From the NCBI GenBank assembly GCA_963816975.1, contig CAWFMD010000006.1, forward strand, positions 1,499,208 to 1,563,207: a DNA stretch of 64,000 nt. Direction: 5' to 3'. Under the pieces are notes generated by a model. The model was not told the DNA's origin and searched no databases. It was given only the letters and a program-made list of their open reading frames with translations. Position 1 is the stretch's first letter. The number at the start of each line of letters is the position of its first letter. Both the position numbers and the translations under genes were made by a program. This DNA comes from an uncultured Solirubrobacterales bacterium (lineage in GTDB: Bacteria > Actinomycetota > Thermoleophilia > Solirubrobacterales > JBBDJG01). Below, piece after piece: positions 58,468 through 64,000 of the stretch.

Positions 58468-60072
58468 TTACTCTTCGTACTCGAAGAACCCGCGGCCGGT
58501 GGCCTCGCCGATCGCACCTTCGGCGACCATCCTGCGCAGCAGGGGCGCGGCCCGGTAGCGCTCTTCCTTCAACTCCTCGTACAGCGCGTCGAGCGTCGAG
58601 AGGATGTGGTCCACGTCGATCAGGTCCGCCCACTCCAGCGGGCCGCGCGGGTAGTTGTAGCCCGCGCGCATGGCGACGTCGACGTCTTTGGGCGAGCCGG
58701 CTCCCTCCGACACCGCGAAGGCCGCCTCGTTGACCAGTTGGCAGACGATCCGCCCGAGTATCAGGCCCGGCCCGTCGCCGACCCATTCGACGTGCTTGCC
58801 GAGCGAGCGGAAGAAGGCCTCGGCGCGCCCGGCGTCGCGCTCGCGGGTTTCCGTGGAGCGGGTCAGCTCCACGAGCCGCGAGTCGGCCAGCGGGGGCAGC
58901 GCATGAAAGCCGACCGCCCCGCCGCGGGTGTCCAGCTCGGCCAGGCTGCCGTCGACGCACAGTGCGAGCACGAGCGTCTCGGGGTCGTCGATCGTGGGCT
59001 CCGACTCGAGCGGGGAGCGGCCCGTGACCGCGTCGACCAGGATGTCGGGTGCGTCGCCGTTGATCTGCTCGATGTCGAGGACCTCGTAGCCGGCCGCGGC
59101 AGCCGCGTCGCGCAGGTCCTCGGCGATGCGCCCGTCGCCGGCCACCACGATCACGCCCGATGCGTCGCTTGCCTCCGGTGGCACGGGATCGTCCGGGCGG
59201 TGCGCCTGGCCTGAGTAGTCGTAGTAGCCCCGGCCCGCCTTGCGGCCGAGACGGCCGGCCTGCACCATGCGCGCCTGGATCATGCTCGGGCGCCAGCGCG
59301 GCTCGTGGAAGCTCTGCTCCCAAAACGACTTCGACACCTCAAATCCGACGTCGATCCCGACCAGGTCCGCCAGCTCGAAGGGTCCCATGCGAAAGCCCGC
59401 GCCCATGCGCACCACGCGGTCGATCGTGGCGTGATCTGCGACGTCCTCGGCGAGCAGCTTGAGCGCCTCCATGCCGAACGGGCGGGCGCAGCGGTTCGCC
59501 AGGAACCCGGGGCCGTCGCGCGCAACGATCACGCGCTTCCCCATGCGCTCCCCGACCGCGCGGGCCAGGTCCACGGCCGCGTCGTCCGACTCCGTGCCGG
59601 CCACGACCTCGAGTAGCTCCATCAGGGCGGGAGGGTTGAAGAAGTGCATCCCGACCACGCGCCGCGGATCTGCTGCCGCCGTCGCCAGCGCGGTCACCGG
59701 CAGGGAGGACGTGTTGGTCGCGAGCACCGTCTGCGCTCCGCACACCTCCGACAGCCGCGCGAACAGGGAGCGTTTCAGCTCCATGTCCTCGGGCGCGGCC
59801 TCGATCACCAGCCCGCAGCCGGCGAGCTCCGCGATGGCCTCGGCGCGGTGGACGCGCTGTAGCGCGAGCTCCGCGTCGCCACCGGTCCAGCGCCCGCGCT
59901 GCACGCCCTTCTCGAGGCCCGTGCGGATCGTCCCGAGGCCTCGGTCGAGCGCCTCGGCAAACGGATCGTGCAGGTGCGTCTCGTATCCGGCCAGCGCCGC
60001 GACCTGCGCGATGCCGGCGCCCATCGTGCCGGCGCCCACGACCCCGAGGCGCCGCACCTCCACCGTGCTCAC
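58468..60072 (-). CDS. 3-hydroxyacyl-CoA dehydrogenase (PaaH-like)
   Basis: GAGTMGAG, TNTSSL, GMHFFNP, duplicated C-terminal domain. Confidence 0.93.
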   Translation of the reverse strand: MSTVEVRRLGVVGAGTMGAGIAQVAALAGYETHLHDPFAEALDRGLGTIRTGLEKGVQRGRWTGGDAELALQRVHRAEAIAELAGCGLVIEAAPEDMELKRSLFARLSEVCGAQTVLATNTSSLPVTALATAAADPRRVVGMHFFNPPALMELLEVVAGTESDDAAVDLARAVGERMGKRVIVARDGPGFLANRCARPFGMEALKLLAEDVADHATIDRVVRMGAGFRMGPFELADLVGIDVGFEVSKSFWEQSFHEPRWRPSMIQARMVQAGRLGRKAGRGYYDYSGQAHRPDDPVPPEASDASGVIVVAGDGRIAEDLRDAAAAAGYEVLDIEQINGDAPDILVDAVTGRSPLESEPTIDDPETLVLALCVDGSLAELDTRGGAVGFHALPPLADSRLVELTRSTETRERDAGRAEAFFRSLGKHVEWVGDGPGLILGRIVCQLVNEAAFAVSEGAGSPKDVDVAMRAGYNYPRGPLEWADLIDVDHILSTLDALYEELKEERYRAAPLLRRMVAEGAIGEATGRGFFEYEE

Positions 60073-60866
60073 CTCCCGCGGAACTCCGGCCGGCGCTTCT
60101 CGAGGAACGCCTGCATGCCCTCGACGCGGTCCTCGGTCGCCATCGCCAGCTCGTACAGACGGCGCTCGTGCGCGAGTCCCGCGGTGAGGGTCATCTCGTC
60201 GGCCGCCAGCACGGCCTGCTTGGCGAGCTTCACCGCCAGCGGCGGCCGGCGCGCGACGACTCCAGCCAGCTCGAGCGCGTCGGCGAACCAGCTCTTTCGG
60301 GAACTGACCTTGTTCACGAAGCCGAGGCGGGCCCCTTCCATCGCGTCGATGCGCCTGCCCGACAGGACCAGCTCCATCGTGCGCTGCTTGCCGATCACGC
60401 GCGCCAGCCGCTGCGTGCCGCCGCCTCCCGGGATGATCCCCAGCGTGATCTCCGGCTGCCCGAACTCGGCGGTCTCCGACGCGACGATCATGTCGCACAG
60501 CAGGGCCAGCTCGCACCCGCCACCGAGGGCAAAGCCCGAGACGGCCGCGATCAGCGGAGTGCGGCAGTCGGCCACGCGCTGCCAGAACGGCATGGTCGAC
60601 GCTTCCAGCACCTCCTGGAAGCTCCGCTCGGCCATCGCCTTGATGTCGGCGCCTGCGGCGAACACCTCGTCCGTGCCCGCGATCACGATGCAGCGAACTG
60701 TCTCGTCGGCATCGAGCTCACCGATCACCGCGGCCAGCTGTTCCATGACGGCGGGCGAGAGTGCGTTGCGCCGCTCGGGCCGGTTCATCCGCACGACGCC
60801 GACGGCTTCGAAGCGCTCGACCGCGACGTCGCTGCCGACCGCGGGCTGCCGACCTCCGACCGCCAT
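60069..60866 (-). CDS. Enoyl-CoA hydratase (PaaF-like)
   Basis: FAAGADI, ALGGGCEL, PEITLGIIPG. Confidence 0.93.
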   Translation of the reverse strand: MAVGGRQPAVGSDVAVERFEAVGVVRMNRPERRNALSPAVMEQLAAVIGELDADETVRCIVIAGTDEVFAAGADIKAMAERSFQEVLEASTMPFWQRVADCRTPLIAAVSGFALGGGCELALLCDMIVASETAEFGQPEITLGIIPGGGGTQRLARVIGKQRTMELVLSGRRIDAMEGARLGFVNKVSSRKSWFADALELAGVVARRPPLAVKLAKQAVLAADEMTLTAGLAHERRLYELAMATEDRVEGMQAFLEKRRPEFRGR

Positions 60867-60869
60867 CAG

Positions 60870-62030
60870 CTACTCGGGGATGAGCGCATTGATTCCCGTC
60901 GCATGTCTGCCGATGATCAGCTTCTGGATCTGCGACGTGCCCTCGTACAGCGTCGTGACACGCGCGTCGCGCATGTAGCGCTCCACCGGGTATTCGTCGA
61001 TGTAGCCGTAGCCACCGTGCACCTGGATCGCGTTGTTCGCGCAGCGCACGGCGGCCTCGGTCGCGTAGTACTTGGCGATCGACGTCTCCAGCGTGTTCGG
61101 CCGCTTCTGATCCTTCAGGTGCCCGGCGCGCCACACCAGCATCCGCGCAGCGTCGGTGTCGACGACCATCTCCGCGATCAGCTCCTGCACGAGCTGGAAG
61201 CTCGCGATCGGGCGGTCGAACTGACGGCGCTCCTTCGAGTACTTGACCGACTCGTTCACGCAGCCCTGACAGATCCCGACACAGCCCGCGGCGACGCTGT
61301 AGCGGCCGCGGTCGAGCGCGGACATCGCGATCTTGAACCCGTCGCCGATCTCGCCCAGCAGCTCGTCGTCGGACACCTCGACCCCGTCCAGCGTCAGCTC
61401 GGCCGTGTCCGACGCGCGCAGCCCCAGCTTGCCGTGGATCTCGTGTGACGAGAAGCCGGGGCGGTCCGTCGGGACCAGGAAGCATGCGACGCCGCGGTGC
61501 CTGCGCTCGGGGTCGGTCTGCGCGAAGATCATCGCGACCTTCGCGTGGTTGCCGAGGGAGATGAACATCTTGGACCCGGAGATCGACCAGCCACCGTTGC
61601 GCTTCGTCGCGCGGGTCGCGACCGAGGCGGCGTCGGAGCCCGTGCCCGGCTCGGTCAGGCCGAAGCAGCCGAGCCACTGCCCCGTACAGAGCTTGGGCAG
61701 GATCTCGCGCTTCTGCTCCTCGGTGCCCCATTGCTCGATGGAGCCGGCGACCAGCGAGGTCTGCACGGACACCACGGTGCGCGCGGAGGAGTCACCGCGG
61801 CCGATCTCCTCCACGATCAGACCGTAGGAGATGTAGTCCAGGCTGCGTCCGCCGTACTCCTCGGCGACGGGCGCGCCCAGGTAGCCCATGCCGGCGATGC
61901 GCTGCACGAGGTCGAGATCGAAGCGCTCGGCCCGGTCGTTGTCGCGGGCGCGAGGGATGATCTCGCGGTCGCAGAACTCGCGCGCCGTCTCCTGGATCAG
62001 GCGCTGCTCGTCGCTCAGCTCGAGGTTCAT
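60870..62030 (-). CDS. Acyl-CoA dehydrogenase
   Basis: FGLTEPGTGSD, RRQFDRPI, QVHGGYG, YEGTSQIQ. Confidence 0.95.
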   Translation of the reverse strand: MNLELSDEQRLIQETAREFCDREIIPRARDNDRAERFDLDLVQRIAGMGYLGAPVAEEYGGRSLDYISYGLIVEEIGRGDSSARTVVSVQTSLVAGSIEQWGTEEQKREILPKLCTGQWLGCFGLTEPGTGSDAASVATRATKRNGGWSISGSKMFISLGNHAKVAMIFAQTDPERRHRGVACFLVPTDRPGFSSHEIHGKLGLRASDTAELTLDGVEVSDDELLGEIGDGFKIAMSALDRGRYSVAAGCVGICQGCVNESVKYSKERRQFDRPIASFQLVQELIAEMVVDTDAARMLVWRAGHLKDQKRPNTLETSIAKYYATEAAVRCANNAIQVHGGYGYIDEYPVERYMRDARVTTLYEGTSQIQKLIIGRHATGINALIPE

Positions 62031-62857
62031 CCGCCCTCGAGGTTGACGGCGCCGGTGAGCTCTGCCTGGATGTGCTCGGAGAGCAGGTCCGCCACCTTTT
62101 TCGTCACCGGGCCGGGGCAGTTGAACTCGAGCCCGTCGAGTGACGAAACGCCCTGCACCTCGCGCAGCGAGGACGCCAGGAACAGCTCGGCGGCGCCCAG
62201 CACGTCGCTGAGGTTGCAGCTCTCGTCCTCGGCGACGGGCACGATCCGCATGATGCGCTCGCGTGTGATCGAGGCGAGTACGCCGGCCGCCAGCTCCGGT
62301 GTGTGCAGATTGCCGTCACTGTCGACCCAGAAGAGGGTGGAGGTGGGCGCCTCGAGCACGGTGCCGTCGGGCTCGATCAACAGCGCCTCGTCGGCGCCGT
62401 CCCGTTGCGCGAGCCGGGTCGCGCGCATGTTGCCGCCGTAGGAGAGCGTCTTCAGCTGGTTGAGCACGATCGTCGGCTGATAGCGCACACCCGACAGCGA
62501 GAGCCCGTGGCGGAACTCCGGCAGCGGCTCGATGATCGCGATGCGGCGGCCCCCGCGAGTGAGCACGAGTCGCAGCGCGGCGTCGTGCTTGCCCTGCTCG
62601 GAGATCAGCGCGTGCGTCTCGCGCTCGAACGCAGGTCGGTCGTACTCGAGGAAGATGCCGGCGGCGGAGCGGTCGAGCCGCGTGAAATGGTCCGTGAAGC
62701 CAAACGGGCGACCCTCGTAGAGCTTCAGCATCTCGAATGCGCCGTCGCCGCGCAGGAACCCGTCGTCGGTGATCGAGACCGTCGCCTCGGCCACGGGGCC
62801 GATCTGCCCGTCCACGGAGCAGAGCAGGGGAATCGCGGGCGCGGAGGTCTCGGCCAT
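62027..62857 (-). CDS. Class IV aminotransferase (BCAT/DAAT/PabC-like)
   Basis: GDGAFE, HFTRL, LKTLSY, EAPTS, LASITR. Confidence 0.9.
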   Translation of the reverse strand: MAETSAPAIPLLCSVDGQIGPVAEATVSITDDGFLRGDGAFEMLKLYEGRPFGFTDHFTRLDRSAAGIFLEYDRPAFERETHALISEQGKHDAALRLVLTRGGRRIAIIEPLPEFRHGLSLSGVRYQPTIVLNQLKTLSYGGNMRATRLAQRDGADEALLIEPDGTVLEAPTSTLFWVDSDGNLHTPELAAGVLASITRERIMRIVPVAEDESCNLSDVLGAAELFLASSLREVQGVSSLDGLEFNCPGPVTKKVADLLSEHIQAELTGAVNLEGG

Positions 62858-62864
62858 CAGCGGG

Positions 62865-63269
62865 CTAGCTTATTCCACCGGCTGCGGCCGCCTGCGCGTG
62901 GTCGTAGTAGGTGTGCAGGCGGAACATCTTGTCCTCACGGAACTCGTACACCCAGCCGACCGGCTGGTCGAGCTCGACGCCGCTGCCCCGCCCGCGGGCC
63001 CGGACCGACCCCAGCACGACCACCAGGTTGTCACGCTCGTGGACCTCGCCCATCACGATCTCCCAGGTCTCGAAGTTCTCGTCGAGGGCCGCGAGCCACT
63101 GGCGGGCGCCCTGGTGTCCGCGGAACGGCTCCCCCTGGAAGGCGTCGCCGATCCCGGTGCGGATCTCGACGTCCGGATGAATGTCATCCAGCGGCGCGGC
63201 CCGGTCTCCGCCGTTCCAGCGCTCGATCGCACGCCGCACCCGGGCGGCGTTGCCGCCGCCGGTGTTCAT
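62865..63269 (-). CDS. NTF2/SnoaL-like protein
   Basis: [20 protein letters not shown]. Confidence 0.85.
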   Translation of the reverse strand: MNTGGGNAARVRRAIERWNGGDRAAPLDDIHPDVEIRTGIGDAFQGEPFRGHQGARQWLAALDENFETWEIVMGEVHERDNLVVVLGSVRARGRGSGVELDQPVGWVYEFREDKMFRLHTYYDHAQAAAAGGIS

Positions 63270-64000
63270 GCGGCGGTGTTCTCCACGACGGTGGCGAGGC
63301 CCTGGCCGACCCCGATGCACATCGTCGCGAGCCCGCGCCTTGCCCCGCGGCGGCGCAGCTCGTGGATCAGCGTGCCGAGCAGGCGCGCGCCCGAGGCGCC
63401 GAGCGGATGCCCGAGTGCGATCGCGCCGCCGTTCACGTTCAGGCGCGCGAGGTCCAGGTCCAACTCGCGCGCGCACGCGAGCACCTGCGACGCGAACGCC
63501 TCGTTCAGCTCTACGAGGTCGATGTCGCGCACGCCCAGGCCGGCGGCCGCGAGCGCCCTGCGCGCGGCGGGGATCGGGCCGATGCCCATCACGCGCGGCT
63601 CGACGCCGGCCGCACCGGTCGACACGATCCGCGCCAGCGGCTCGCGACCCAGCGCGCGGGCGCACGCGGGGCTGGCCAGCACCAGGCAGGCCGCCCCGTC
63701 GTTGATCTGGGAAGAGTTGCCGGCTGTGACGCTGCCGCCCTCACGGAAGATCGCGCGCAGGCGGGCGAGCTTCTCGAGCGTGGTGTCCGGGCGCGGGCCC
63801 TCGTCGGCGTGGACGGTGACCGGGTCACCCTTCGGCTGCGGCACCGGTAGGGGCACGATCTCGGCGTCGAAGAGCCCCGCCTCCTGCGCGGCCAGCGCGC
63901 GACGGTGGCTCTCGAGCGCGAACTCGTCCTGGTCTGCGCGGGACACGCCGAAGCGCTCCGCGACGTTCTCGGCGGTCTCGCCCATCGAGTCGGTGCCGTA
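63266..64000 (-). CDS. Thiolase (PcaF/PaaJ-like), 5' end outside the window
   Basis: [29 protein letters not shown]. Confidence 0.95.
   Translation of the reverse strand, partial: YGTDSMGETAENVAERFGVSRADQDEFALESHRRALAAQEAGLFDAEIVPLPVPQPKGDPVTVHADEGPRPDTTLEKLARLRAIFREGGSVTAGNSSQINDGAACLVLASPACARALGREPLARIVSTGAAGVEPRVMGIGPIPAARRALAAAGLGVRDIDLVELNEAFASQVLACARELDLDLARLNVNGGAIALGHPLGASGARLLGTLIHELRRRGARRGLATMCIGVGQGLATVVENTAA

Noticed and set aside
1-64000. Mobile elements, prophage, defence systems, tRNA/rRNA
   Set aside because: No transposase, integrase, reverse transcriptase, nuclease-effector or phage proteins and no cloverleaf or rRNA motifs were recognised.
1-64000. Frequent CGATCG/GCGATCGC as a HIP1-like signal
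   Set aside because: Plausibly explained by GCG-ATC-GCN codon usage in high-GC genes; enrichment was not computed.

Overview
High-GC core-genome window from an actinobacterium; gene content and style suggest Thermoleophilia/Solirubrobacterales (inference). It carries about 65 genes. These cover housekeeping functions (nadB, rph-rdgB, tldD/E, HU, pyrF, guaB3-guaA, rplM-rpsI-glmM-glmS, nnr-alr, infA, trxB), an aa3-type oxidase cluster (ctaC-ctaD-ctaA-ctaB), lipid and acyl-CoA metabolism, and several small membrane or secreted proteins. I found no transposase, integrase, phage gene, CRISPR array, tRNA or rRNA. The most interesting signals are non-coding. (1) A ~440-nt, densely structured minus-strand transcription unit (2747-3190) has its own promoter and terminator and sits back-to-back with an orphan Flp pilin. 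(2) A probable 6S RNA runs off the left edge. (3) A palindromic GGGATTTCC-N6-GGAAATCCC repeat family occurs at three convergent gene junctions and supplies stop codons. (4) glmS has a structured leader that is not the glmS ribozyme. (5) A MarR-type box is shared by marR and an adjacent sigma factor. (6) A c-di-AMP riboswitch precedes an M23 peptidase. Protein-level highlights are an SCP2-SCP2-R2lox fusion, a TadE-like pilin fused to a Vps62/NPP1-like domain, and a loop-deleted (CC-adding-type) tRNA nucleotidyltransferase. Two single-base frameshifts (rph and the SCP2-R2lox gene) may be assembly errors. All calls were made by eye from motifs; no searches or folding programs were run.
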